Source: Nannocystales bacterium (GTDB lineage: Bacteria; Myxococcota_A; Polyangia; Nannocystales; Nannocystaceae). Taken from it: a stretch of DNA of 64,000 nt. The notes below the pieces were generated by a model. The model worked only from the letters and a program-made list of their open reading frames with translations, was not told where the DNA came from and searched no databases. The DNA is taken from the NCBI GenBank assembly GCA_050633305.1, contig JBOEGF010000043.1:254725-318724 (forward strand), written 5' to 3'. The stretch's first letter is position 1. Every line of letters starts with the position of its first letter. This document shows positions 17,718 to 26,234 of the stretch, in pieces. The position numbers and the translations under genes were made by a program.

Positions 17718-19763
17718 GTGCGTCGGCGCCGATCATCGCCGCTCGTGCTTGCAGCGTGTTTGTTGCTGTCGCTCGGGCTCAACGCCGCCGCGCTGATAGG
17801 TGTGGGGCTGTGGTGGAGCGATCGGCCTCGACCCCAACGCGAAAAGACGAAGCGTCCTCCAGAGCCGATCGAAATCGCTCTCGAGGATGTCGAGCTTCCC
17901 CCTGAACTCGAACGCGAACTCGAGAAGGACGAGCCGCCTCCGCCCAAGGACGAGGAGCGGAAGCCGGAGCCTCCCAAGCCGGAGAAGAAAAAACCCGAGC
18001 CGGAGATCGAGCTCGAGGAGCTTCCGGAGCCGGAGCCGGAGCCCGAGCCGGAGCCCGAGAAGGAAGAGGAAGAAGAAGAAGAGGAGAAGGAGGAAGAAGA
18101 GCAGGAGAAGCCCGACTTCGAGTTGTCGCAACTCAAGATGGTCGAGCAACCCGACGAGAAGGACGAAGACGACGCGCCCGAAGACGCCGAGTTCCTCTCG
18201 AACATCAACAACAACACGGCCGAGAACACCCAGGCCAAGGTCACGAACCTCGAGCGTGATGCGGTCGAGCCCGAGGCGGCGCAGCTCGAGCCCAGCCCCG
18301 AGAAGGAGCAAGGCACCGCCGCCGAGCAGGTCATCGCGCAAGACAAGACGCAGGAGAGCCGGCTCGACAAGCAGGCCCCGCGCGAGAAGGTCTCTCCCGA
18401 GGAGCAGCGACCCGAGCAGACCGACCCTCAGCCGAAGAGTCTGCTGGCCATGCGCGAGTTGGAACACCGCGACCACGTGATGGCGCAGGAGGAGCACGAG
18501 GCTCTGGTCGATGAAGCCGAGACCGGCGTCATGCAGCGCAATCAGGACAAGGCGTCGAGCATCTCACCCCAAGAGAAGCAGGCGCGGATCGATCGCAAGG
18601 ACAAGGCGTACAAGTTCAAGCTCAGCCAAAACCAGCTTGAGGCGTTGCACGGCAAGGACAAGACCGCCCGGCGCGACACTGAGTCGGCCAAGGAGTCGAA
18701 GGAAGTCGGCGTTTGGGAGAAGCAGCGCGAGCGCTACCAGTCGCCGCTGCAGAACTTCGTGCCCGAGGTCCAGCCTGGCAACCAGACCGCGTTGCGCAGT
18801 CGCAAGCACCCCTTCGCCCGGTACATCGCGCGGATTCACCGGAAGATCCACGAGGCGTACGCCTGGGGATTCCTCGAGCAACTCGATGGCCGCGGGCCGA
18901 ACCACCCTCTCAACGACCGTGAGCTGTGGACCCGGGTCGAGATTGTGCTCAACAGCGACGGCACCTTGGACAAGGTGACCACCATCAAACACTCGGGAAA
19001 GACCGCCTTCGACGCCGCTGCGCGAGAAATCGTGTTCGCGGCCGGGCCGTTCCCGGATCCGCCGGCGTCGATTCGCAGCCCCAACGGCAAGATTTACATC
19101 CACTGGGCATTCCATCGGGACCAGCGGGCTTGCGGCACGTTCGGTGCGGACCCGTTCATTCTCGATGGGACTGCGAGCGGTGGTGACCGCCCGGATCCCA
19201 AGCGTGTGGTCCGAGCCGGCAAGGAGAACATGCGCCGGCTCAAGCGCAAGCCCAAGGCGAAGGGTCCCGAGGGGCCTGCTCGCCCCGCGGCTCCCTCGGC
19301 GGGAGGCTCTGGGCACGACCACGACCACGACCACGAGAAGCACGCCAAGCCTTCCCCGGCCCCCGCGCCCAGCCTGAGCGCAGACCCGGAGACGATGGCG
19401 GGCGACGTGGAGGCCCAGAAGCACGCCAACGCGTGGCTGGCCTACTTCCACAAGAAGGCGATCGACCGCGTGGTCGCGAAGTCGTCGTTGCCGTTCCGCT
19501 CCGGCGACCAGGTCGTCGCGCGCAGCCGCAACGAGCTCAAGGAGCTGGTGCGGACAATGGTCGAGGAAGCCGAGGGCAAGAAGCCGAAGAAGCCCAAGCT
19601 GTTCACCGCGGCGGGCCTGCGCAAACTCTTCGGCTCGGTTCCCGCCGGGGTCAGCGAAGGACAGGCGCGGGTCTATGCGCTCACGAAGATCGGCGGCGAC
19701 TTCCTGATCCTCGTGCTCGAGAAAAAATTCGGCGCCTACAAAGTCGTCGGCATCACTCGCTGA
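17718..19763 (+). CDS. TonB-family protein (TM anchor, Glu/Pro-rich stalk, TonB C-terminal-like domain, extra C-terminal domain)
   Basis: N-terminal TM, EPEPEP/poly-E region, VEIVLNSDG....V....SG...FD.AA......AGPFP.PP. Confidence 0.8.
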   Translation: MRRRRSSPLVLAACLLLSLGLNAAALIGVGLWWSDRPRPQREKTKRPPEPIEIALEDVELPPELERELEKDEPPPPKDEERKPEPPKPEKKKPEPEIELEELPEPEPEPEPEPEKEEEEEEEEKEEEEQEKPDFELSQLKMVEQPDEKDEDDAPEDAEFLSNINNNTAENTQAKVTNLERDAVEPEAAQLEPSPEKEQGTAAEQVIAQDKTQESRLDKQAPREKVSPEEQRPEQTDPQPKSLLAMRELEHRDHVMAQEEHEALVDEAETGVMQRNQDKASSISPQEKQARIDRKDKAYKFKLSQNQLEALHGKDKTARRDTESAKESKEVGVWEKQRERYQSPLQNFVPEVQPGNQTALRSRKHPFARYIARIHRKIHEAYAWGFLEQLDGRGPNHPLNDRELWTRVEIVLNSDGTLDKVTTIKHSGKTAFDAAAREIVFAAGPFPDPPASIRSPNGKIYIHWAFHRDQRACGTFGADPFILDGTASGGDRPDPKRVVRAGKENMRRLKRKPKAKGPEGPARPAAPSAGGSGHDHDHDHEKHAKPSPAPAPSLSADPETMAGDVEAQKHANAWLAYFHKKAIDRVVAKSSLPFRSGDQVVARSRNELKELVRTMVEEAEGKKPKKPKLFTAAGLRKLFGSVPAGVSEGQARVYALTKIGGDFLILVLEKKFGAYKVVGITR

Positions 19764-19764
19764 A

Positions 19765-20595
19765 CTACTTGCGACTGATCGCGATCGACTCGAGCTTGAT
19801 CGGATCGAAGGGCCGGTTGTTGCGCGCCGGGTTCACCTTCGCCTTGGTGATCTTCTTGACCACCGAGGGGTCGCACTTGCCGAACACGGCGTGTTTTCCG
19901 TCGAGGTGGGCGGTGGGTTTGACGGTGACGAAGAACTGGGAGGTGCCGGTGTTGGGCTTCTCGCTGTTGGCCATCGACAGCGTGCCCTTCCATTTGTGGC
20001 GCAGCTTCTTCGTATCGATTTCGTCGACGATGACAAACCCCGCGCCCCCCGAACCCGAGCCCGAGCGGTCGCCGGTCTGGGCCATGAAGTCGGCCATGAC
20101 ACGGTGCCACACCATGTCGGCGTAGTAGGGCTCGCCCTCTTTCCAGGAGTCCGACTTCTTGTCGTACCAGGGCCGGGTCCCCCGGGCGAGGCCGACGAAG
20201 TTCGCGACGGTGAGGGGGGTGTCCTCCTCAAACAGCTCGCAGTCGAACGCACCCATCGAGGTGGTGACCGTCGCGGTGAGCTTGCCCTTGCTGGAGTCGG
20301 CGAGCGTCTCATCGCCTGCAAATGCGTCCGCGAGACTGAAGACACCCTTCTTCGGGTCGCCCTGGGCCTCGGCGTACTCCTGCACCTCCTCGGGGGTCAT
20401 CCCGCCGGGTGCGACCTGGCCTTTGCGGTACTTGAGCTTCTTTGCAGGGGGCGCCTCCACTTCCGGCGCCTCGTCGGCCTTGGGCGCATCGGCCTCGGCT
20501 TCCGTCTTCGTTTCAGCCTTGGGCTCTTCCTTGGGCTTGCTGTCGCAGGCGACCAGGAGACACACGGAGGCGAAGAAGGCGCGGGTCGGCGTCAT
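19765..20595 (-). CDS. Cyclophilin-type peptidyl-prolyl isomerase, lipoprotein
   Basis: P.TVANFVGLA.G, WHRVMADFMAQTGD, GTLSMAN, SQFFVT, HLDGKHAVFG; LVAC lipobox. Confidence 0.92.
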   Translation of the reverse strand: MTPTRAFFASVCLLVACDSKPKEEPKAETKTEAEADAPKADEAPEVEAPPAKKLKYRKGQVAPGGMTPEEVQEYAEAQGDPKKGVFSLADAFAGDETLADSSKGKLTATVTTSMGAFDCELFEEDTPLTVANFVGLARGTRPWYDKKSDSWKEGEPYYADMVWHRVMADFMAQTGDRSGSGSGGAGFVIVDEIDTKKLRHKWKGTLSMANSEKPNTGTSQFFVTVKPTAHLDGKHAVFGKCDPSVVKKITKAKVNPARNNRPFDPIKLESIAISRK

Positions 20596-20627
20596 GGAAT
20601 GCGAGTACCCAGGGAGGGCCGGGGGCG

Positions 20628-21296
20628 TCAACCTCGGGTGACTTCGACGTGGTCCAAGCTCGCCCGCTCGCCTCGGAGGACGGCCTGCTCGAGCTTGCGG
20701 AGTGTGGCTTGCCCGTCGCAGGACCCGAGGATGGTGTGGGCGCCGACCAGGTGCTTGGCGGGTCCGGTGGTGATGAAGAACTGAACCGAGCTGGTGTCGA
20801 GCTCTCCAACCCCGGCCATCGCCATGACGCCGGCGCGCCCGAAGTCGTCGCCCACGCCGATCTCGTCTTGCAGGAGGAAGCCGCCATCCGCGAGCTTTCC
20901 GCGCCGGCCCGTCTGCACGAACTGCCCCTCCATCGCGCGGTGCCAGGGCACTCCGTCGTAGTAGGGCGCTTGGGTCCAGCTGCCGTCCTCGTCGCGAAAG
21001 GGCCGGAGTCCACGGGCCAGTCCGACGAAGTTGGCGACGGCCAGCGGCGCGTGGTCAGGCTCGAGTGTGCATGTGACGGTGCCGGCGCTGGTCTCGAGGG
21101 ACGCTCGCAATGTGCCGGTCGGAGGCAGGCCTTGCACCGCCTCGGCATATGGAAAGCGTCCCGCGTAGGGGTCTCCAAGGCTTTCGTTGGCGAGCCTGAG
21201 GTCTTCATCGGCCGGGGGCAGCGCACCGGGCACGCCGGGGGTGCTCGCGCACGCCAGGCACAGCAGACACGGAAGCCAAAGGGCACGAGGCATCAC
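20628..21296 (-). CDS. Second cyclophilin-type PPIase, lipoprotein
   Basis: APLAVANFVGLARG, WHRA, QFFITT, HL.G.HTI.G; CLAC lipobox. Confidence 0.88.
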   Translation of the reverse strand: MMPRALWLPCLLCLACASTPGVPGALPPADEDLRLANESLGDPYAGRFPYAEAVQGLPPTGTLRASLETSAGTVTCTLEPDHAPLAVANFVGLARGLRPFRDEDGSWTQAPYYDGVPWHRAMEGQFVQTGRRGKLADGGFLLQDEIGVGDDFGRAGVMAMAGVGELDTSSVQFFITTGPAKHLVGAHTILGSCDGQATLRKLEQAVLRGERASLDHVEVTRG

Positions 21297-21441
21297 CGCG
21301 CCACGCTACCCCAGCTGGACGCATGCCGAGGGCGCTGCGACGGGCGTGGGTCACGTGGCCCCGACGAAGGAGGGAGGCGGTGAGCCAATGAGGCACGGGT
21401 CCAGCTGGGCCGGGGCGGATCTGGCTGCTACCGTTGCGCCG

Positions 21442-22125
21442 ATGCGTTCAAAACGCTTCCCCCTGGCCTCCCGATGGATCGCCGTCGCCACCGTTGCGAT
21501 GGGGTTGAGCCTCGGAGCGTGCAAGGACCACAGCGCCACCGGCGAGCTGTCGTCACCGCCGGATGCCAGCCCGTTCGAGAGCAAGCACCACAAAGCGTTC
21601 GACGACGACTACACCCCGCAGAGCGTCGAGCTGATGGGCAGGGCGCCCAACGACGTCCTCGACCAGCAACTGTTCGCCGAGCGGCTCGGGTTCTCGGACG
21701 TCCTGGTGAAGGTGCGGGTCCGGCAGGTGTTCGGGAAGGGACGCTACGAGGGCCGCAAGGACCAGTACATCGCGGTCGCGGTCGAGGAGGTGATCATGGG
21801 ATCTCTTCCCGACGAGACCGAGGAGGAGCAGCTCCTGGTCATCAAGGGCGAGGATGAGTTGCCCCGGGATCTCAGCGATGCGCAGCTGCTTCTGTTCCTG
21901 AAGTGGGCGCCAGGGGAGGTGCCCTCGTATCACCACCACCTGATGCCGGCCGGGGATGAGCTTCTCGAGATGATCGGAGCGATGGTGAAGCACGCTCAGA
22001 GCGAGGGGATCCTGAACGGGGACGGAGAGATCTCGACGGGGCGGAAAAGTCGCAAGTCCCGCAAGAAAGACAAGGCCAAGAAGAAGAGCGATGCGGCCCT
22101 CGACGGCGACGGACCGGCGACGTGA
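21442..22125 (+). CDS. Hypothetical lipoprotein
   Basis: MRSKRF...LSLGAC lipobox; Lys-rich C-terminus. Confidence 0.75.
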   Translation: MRSKRFPLASRWIAVATVAMGLSLGACKDHSATGELSSPPDASPFESKHHKAFDDDYTPQSVELMGRAPNDVLDQQLFAERLGFSDVLVKVRVRQVFGKGRYEGRKDQYIAVAVEEVIMGSLPDETEEEQLLVIKGEDELPRDLSDAQLLLFLKWAPGEVPSYHHHLMPAGDELLEMIGAMVKHAQSEGILNGDGEISTGRKSRKSRKKDKAKKKSDAALDGDGPAT

Positions 22126-22208
22126 AAGCGCGTCTCCTGCGCGAAGGAGCCTGGACCTACCCTGCAACGGGCTTTTGCGACCAAGCACCGAATCTTCGCA
22201 CCGAACTC

Positions 22209-22247
22209 TTGACGTTCGGCTCGGGCCCGAGTACAAAGCGCGTCCGC
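22209..22247 (+). promoter_or_regulatory. Sigma70-type stable-RNA promoter
   Basis: TTGACG(22209)-17 bp-TACAAA(22232), then a GC-rich discriminator directly before tRNA-Ile. Confidence 0.7.
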
Positions 22248-22249
22248 TC

Positions 22250-22326
22250 GGGCGTGTAGCTCAGCTGGTTAGAGCGCCGCCCTGATAAGGCGGAGGTCGG
22301 AGGTTCAAGTCCTCCCACGCCCACCA
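22250..22326 (+). tRNA. tRNA-Ile(GAT)
   Basis: GGGCGTGTAGCTCAGCTGGTTAGAGCGCCGCCCTGATAAGGCGGAGGTCGGAGGTTCAAGTCCTCCCACGCCCACCA; anticodon GAT, CCA encoded. Confidence 0.97.
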
Positions 22327-22336
22327 CACCGGCACC

Positions 22337-22381
22337 AGACTCAAGACTGCACTTCAGATTAGACTAGACTCAAGACCGCAC
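22337..22381 (+). repeat. Direct repeat in the inter-tRNA spacer
   Basis: agactcaagactgcac (22337-22352) and agactcaagaccgcac (22366-22381), 15 of 16 identical. Confidence 0.8.
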
Positions 22382-22403
22382 AAGACAGGCGGCACACCAG
22401 TAC

Positions 22404-22476
22404 GGGGGATTAGCTCAGCTGGGAGAGCATCGGCTTTGCAAGCCGAGGGTCATCGGTTCGATCCCGATATCCTCCA
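22404..22476 (+). tRNA. tRNA-Ala(TGC)
   Basis: GGGGGATTAGCTCAGCTGGGAGAGCATCGGCTTTGCAAGCCGAGGGTCATCGGTTCGATCCCGATATCCTCCA; anticodon TGC, G3:U70. Confidence 0.96.
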
Positions 22477-22480
22477 CACC

Positions 22481-22516
22481 AAGCCCCGCGAGGCAACTCG
22501 CGGGGCTTTCTTTGTT
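22481..22516 (+). terminator. Intrinsic terminator of the tRNA operon
   Basis: aagccccgcgag-gcaa-ctcgcggggctt followed by tctttgtt. Confidence 0.9.
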
Positions 22517-22540
22517 GGTTCCGGGGGCTACTGTGTTCCC

Positions 22541-23377
22541 GTGCGACTCGCGGTCCTGGTTCTCCTCCTGACGACCGGCTGCGTGGAGCGGCTGATCACG
22601 GAGCAGGACAGCGACGGCGGGCAGTCCGGGTCTCAAGACGGTGGTGAGGATGGGGAGTCGTCGGGGGACGAGAGCTCCGGTGCCGTGGACGAGCGTCCCC
22701 CGCCTACGCCGCCGGTGTTGCGCGAAGCGATCTACGTCAACAGCGGCGACACGTTGTTTTCCTTCGACCCGGTGTCGCTGACGCTGGCGCAGCTGGGACG
22801 CTTCACGTTCGACGATGGCGGCGCTGCGTCGGTGACCGACATCGCCATCGACCGTCACGGGCTCCTGTACGCGCTCTCGGCGGGAATGCTCTACGTGTGC
22901 GATCCGGTGAGCGTGGTGTGCACCCCGCGGGGCCCAAGCAGCGCGAACTCGGCGGGGTTTGCAGAGTTTGGGGCCCTGGATCCTGAGGACGACGTGTTGG
23001 TGTTGGTCGAGGGGAACGAGGTGGTGCAGGTGCGGGTCCACGAGGGAGGGACCGAGACCACGGTGGCCGGGACGCTGCAGGGGTTCAGCAGCAGCGGTGA
23101 CGTCATGCCCTTCGGTGGCTCGACGATGCTCCTCAGCAGCACCAGCAGCGTGGGCGACCAATTGGTGGCCTTCGACGCGGCAACCGCTGAGGTGTTGGGG
23201 CCGCCGATCGCGACACTGCCCCTGCTCAGCTACGGTCTCGCCGGATTCGCGGGGCAGGTTTGGGTGTTCACCGACCTCGGGGAGATCCTACGTGTGGACG
23301 GTGACGGGGGCGTGCAGGCGATGACCCGTGTCGATGTCCGACTCTGGGGCGCGGCGACACACCCCGACAGTCGCTAG
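22541..23377 (+). CDS. Lipoprotein, probable beta-propeller
   Basis: GTG start VRLAVLVLLLTTGC, S/G-rich linker, TDIAID..G.LY and SSGD motifs, WGAA end. Confidence 0.75.
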   Translation: MRLAVLVLLLTTGCVERLITEQDSDGGQSGSQDGGEDGESSGDESSGAVDERPPPTPPVLREAIYVNSGDTLFSFDPVSLTLAQLGRFTFDDGGAASVTDIAIDRHGLLYALSAGMLYVCDPVSVVCTPRGPSSANSAGFAEFGALDPEDDVLVLVEGNEVVQVRVHEGGTETTVAGTLQGFSSSGDVMPFGGSTMLLSSTSSVGDQLVAFDAATAEVLGPPIATLPLLSYGLAGFAGQVWVFTDLGEILRVDGDGGVQAMTRVDVRLWGAATHPDSR

Positions 23378-23382
23378 TGTCC

Positions 23383-24648
23383 TCAGCGAGCTTGCAGGTA
23401 GAGCGAGAGCGGGAAGTTGCCCTGGGCGTCGGCGAACTCGGCGTCCGGGACGTCGATCACGAAGGTGTGAAGACCGGCCGGCAACGCACCCCACTCGATG
23501 ATGCGCGTGTCGATGACGTCGCCCGGGCACCAGTTGCTGAAGGATTGCCACTCCTCGTCGGTCATCGGCGACGGCCCGTAGATGCCGTTGCCCTGGGTAT
23601 TGACCTCACGGAATGGCTCGCAGGTGTCGCGCCCGGGGGTGTACTCGAGGGCGGGTCTTCCATCGAGGGTCACGAAGTGCTCACGACGGATGTACTCCTC
23701 GCCGCCTGCGTTGGCACCGTGGTTCGAGGTGATCAGCACGAGCTGGGCATACTCGGTGTCGTTCTCCAGCTCGAACTCAATCGTCTTGGTGGTGGTCCCC
23801 AGCGCGTCGCTGGCATCTTCTTGGTAGTTGTTGAACGCAGCCTGCATCGCCAGCGGCATGAAGGTGGTGAAACCCAGCGGTTCGTCGGAGCTGCTGGTGT
23901 GCAGTCCCAGCCAGCCCCGGAACACGTCGTTGCGGCCCTCGCAGCCCGAGATCTCAGTGTTGGCGGCGTAGGGGACACCAAACACTTCGAGCTCGAACCA
24001 GAAATCGTGGGCCTCGCGAAGCGCCGGGTCCGTGAGAATCGCTGCGACCTCGTCGATGTCCCAGTTGTATCGGACGGTGTCGGGCTGCCGGTTCATGTCC
24101 ATGAACGGTGTGACGAAGCGGCCGACCTCGATGCGGTCCACCTCGGAAGGCTCGTAGGTGTCCAAGCCCTTGGGGGTCAGGGCCAAGTTGACCGAACCCA
24201 GGCGATCGTAGTTGTCACACAGGGCACCGATGAGAACCTGGGCCTCCAAGTTCGGCTGGATGAGATCGAGCTGGGCCTCGGTCAGTCTGATCGTTTGCAC
24301 GGCGTTGTTGATCCGGATGATCCCCTTGGCCGTCGGTTCGTCGACCGTCTCCGCGTACCCGTCGTAGAAGACCACGCTGTCCATGAGCAGCATGTCCGTG
24401 GGCTGGAGCGGTTCGACTCCCGTGCTGCTCGACCCCGCGTCCGAGCCCGAGTCGGCAGAGGAGGCGTCGGAGGAAGCGTCACGCCCTTCGGCTTCGGTTG
24501 TCCCCGACCCGGTTGCTTCGTCGCTCGTCGTGGTGGTGCCGCCGAGTGCGGACGGCTCCGAAACGCTCGTGCAGCTCGCCAGGAGTGCGGCTGCCGATGC
24601 TGCCCCAACGAAGCCTGCGAACTTCAGGCCGAATCTGGGGTGTTCCAC
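23383..24648 (-). CDS. Peptide-N-glycosidase F-related lipoprotein
   Basis: LASC lipobox, Ser/Thr linker, DNYDR, IEVGRFVTPF, SNHG...GGEEY, SNWCPG. Confidence 0.8.
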   Translation of the reverse strand: MEHPRFGLKFAGFVGAASAAALLASCTSVSEPSALGGTTTTSDEATGSGTTEAEGRDASSDASSADSGSDAGSSSTGVEPLQPTDMLLMDSVVFYDGYAETVDEPTAKGIIRINNAVQTIRLTEAQLDLIQPNLEAQVLIGALCDNYDRLGSVNLALTPKGLDTYEPSEVDRIEVGRFVTPFMDMNRQPDTVRYNWDIDEVAAILTDPALREAHDFWFELEVFGVPYAANTEISGCEGRNDVFRGWLGLHTSSSDEPLGFTTFMPLAMQAAFNNYQEDASDALGTTTKTIEFELENDTEYAQLVLITSNHGANAGGEEYIRREHFVTLDGRPALEYTPGRDTCEPFREVNTQGNGIYGPSPMTDEEWQSFSNWCPGDVIDTRIIEWGALPAGLHTFVIDVPDAEFADAQGNFPLSLYLQAR

Positions 24649-24665
24649 CGCGAAAGCGTATCAAG

Positions 24666-25112
24666 CTACACCGGGCTGGTCTCGGGCTTGCTGCTCAGCA
24701 GTACGAGTCCCACGAAGGCACACACCAGGCCTGCGGCTTTGCGCGCATCCATGCCTTCATGGAATGCGAGCAGTCCGACTGGGAGCAGGAGCAGAACCAC
24801 CGCGGCATTGCTGTACAGCGCTGCGACGGAGATGTTCCAACCCGCGCGATAGGCCAGCAGGAACCCGAGCTCCAACGCGATGATCGCCAGTCCGAGCGCG
24901 GCGCTGGGCCAGCCGAGTTTGGCGAACTGTTGACCCAGCGGTTCGTCGCCGCGGAAGAACGGGAGGGCGAGCAGACACAACACCAACGCCGTCCCGTAGG
25001 TCGCGATCAGCGAGATGAGGGGGCTGAGGTCCGGCCGAATGCTCCGTTGCAGCAGGTGATACCCAACGTTGGCGATGATCGTGAGGGCGATGGAGATGAC
25101 GTAGAGGCTCAT
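24666..25112 (-). CDS. Small DMT/EamA-like membrane transporter
   Basis: Start MSLYVISIAL; about 5 TM helices; ELGFLLAYRAGW.IS; translationally coupled to the upstream oxidase. Confidence 0.8.
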   Translation of the reverse strand: MSLYVISIALTIIANVGYHLLQRSIRPDLSPLISLIATYGTALVLCLLALPFFRGDEPLGQQFAKLGWPSAALGLAIIALELGFLLAYRAGWNISVAALYSNAAVVLLLLPVGLLAFHEGMDARKAAGLVCAFVGLVLLSSKPETSPV

Positions 25113-26209
25113 GGGGTGTCTAGATGAAGGGCGACCTCGTCGGCGAGGGCGAGGGCGCTGGTGAGGCCGGGGGACTCGATGCCGAACAAGAGCACCAGGC
25201 CGGCGAGGCCGTGGTTGGCTGGGCCCAGAAGCGTGAAGTCGGCCATGGGGGTGCCCGGCGCCTGTGTCTTGACCCGAATGCCCGCGTAGTCGGGGACCAG
25301 CGCGTCCTGGGGGAGGCCGGGCCAGTATCGGCGCACGGCGGGTACGAACGCGTGAAGTCGTGCAGGGTCGACGGCGAGGTCGGGATTCTCGACCCATTCT
25401 TGGTCAGGCCCAAACCGAGCGGCACCCGCGAGATCGAGGGTGAGGTGTACGCCCAACGACGCGGAGTCCGGGACCGGGTAGACGAGGGTGCTGCACGGGC
25501 TGGGTCCGCGCAGCTTCGCGTAGGTCCCCTTGGCGAGGTACCGGCGGGGAACGTACTTGGGGTCCAAGTCTTCGAGCGTTGTCGCGAGAGCTTGTGCGCC
25601 CGCGCCGGCCGAGACGATGACGTTCTCGGCGAACAACGGGCCTTGAGAGGTCTGCAGGACGAAGCCGTTGTGTGCTCGGTGGAGGCTGTTCGCCTGGGTC
25701 TTCAGGGCCAGCATGGCGCCGTGCGCCTGTGCGTCGCGCAGCAGGGTTCGCATCACACCGTGGCTGTCGACGATGCCCGTCTCGGGGGACCACAGTGCGC
25801 CGCACGTCTTCAGCGCAGGCTCGCGTTGCTGGACCTGCGCCGCATCGAGCCACTGCAACGCTCCGCCCCCGCAGTGGGAGGCGTTGCGGGCGATCCGTTC
25901 GAGGACGGTGACCTCGGCAGGCTCGGTGGCCACGATGAGCTTGCCCACCATGTGGTGTTCGACGTCGTGGTCCCGGCAGAGCGCGACCAGCTGGGGGCGG
26001 CCTGCATTGCACAGGCGGGCCTTCAGGCTGCCCGGGGGGTAGTACAGCCCCGCGTGAATGACCTCCGAGTTTCGGCTGCTCGCGTGCTGTCCATAGGCCT
26101 CTTCAGCCTCGAGCACCACGACATCGTGGCCGCGATGGGCCAGCGCGCGGGCGATCGCGAGACCGATGACCCCCGCGCCCACCACCACCGTCTGCGCCCG
26201 CATCTGCAC
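25109..26209 (-). CDS. FAD-dependent oxidoreductase, L-2-hydroxyglutarate oxidase (LhgO-like) family
   Basis: VVGAGVIG, SSRNSEVIHAGLYY, LGVHLTLDL.G..RFGPD, GIESPGLT. Confidence 0.9.
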   Translation of the reverse strand: MQMRAQTVVVGAGVIGLAIARALAHRGHDVVVLEAEEAYGQHASSRNSEVIHAGLYYPPGSLKARLCNAGRPQLVALCRDHDVEHHMVGKLIVATEPAEVTVLERIARNASHCGGGALQWLDAAQVQQREPALKTCGALWSPETGIVDSHGVMRTLLRDAQAHGAMLALKTQANSLHRAHNGFVLQTSQGPLFAENVIVSAGAGAQALATTLEDLDPKYVPRRYLAKGTYAKLRGPSPCSTLVYPVPDSASLGVHLTLDLAGAARFGPDQEWVENPDLAVDPARLHAFVPAVRRYWPGLPQDALVPDYAGIRVKTQAPGTPMADFTLLGPANHGLAGLVLLFGIESPGLTSALALADEVALHLDTP

Positions 26210-26234
26210 CGGGGCTCATGGTGCCACGCAGGCG

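Noticed and set aside
18020..18110. gagccg and gaa/gag tandem repeats
   Set aside because: They encode the EPEPEP and poly-Glu stalk of the TonB-like protein and are not a DNA repeat element or CRISPR array.
22337..22381. Spacer repeat as a mini-CRISPR
   Set aside because: Only two 16-bp copies 13 bp apart and no cas genes.
22436..22540. Track start of the 313-aa ORF inside tRNA-Ala
   Set aside because: It overlaps the tRNA and its terminator; the GTG at 22541 gives a proper lipoprotein signal.
22326..22560. Possible integrative element at the tRNA 3' ends
   Set aside because: No integrase in the window and no duplicated tRNA 3' end seen; a normal terminator follows.
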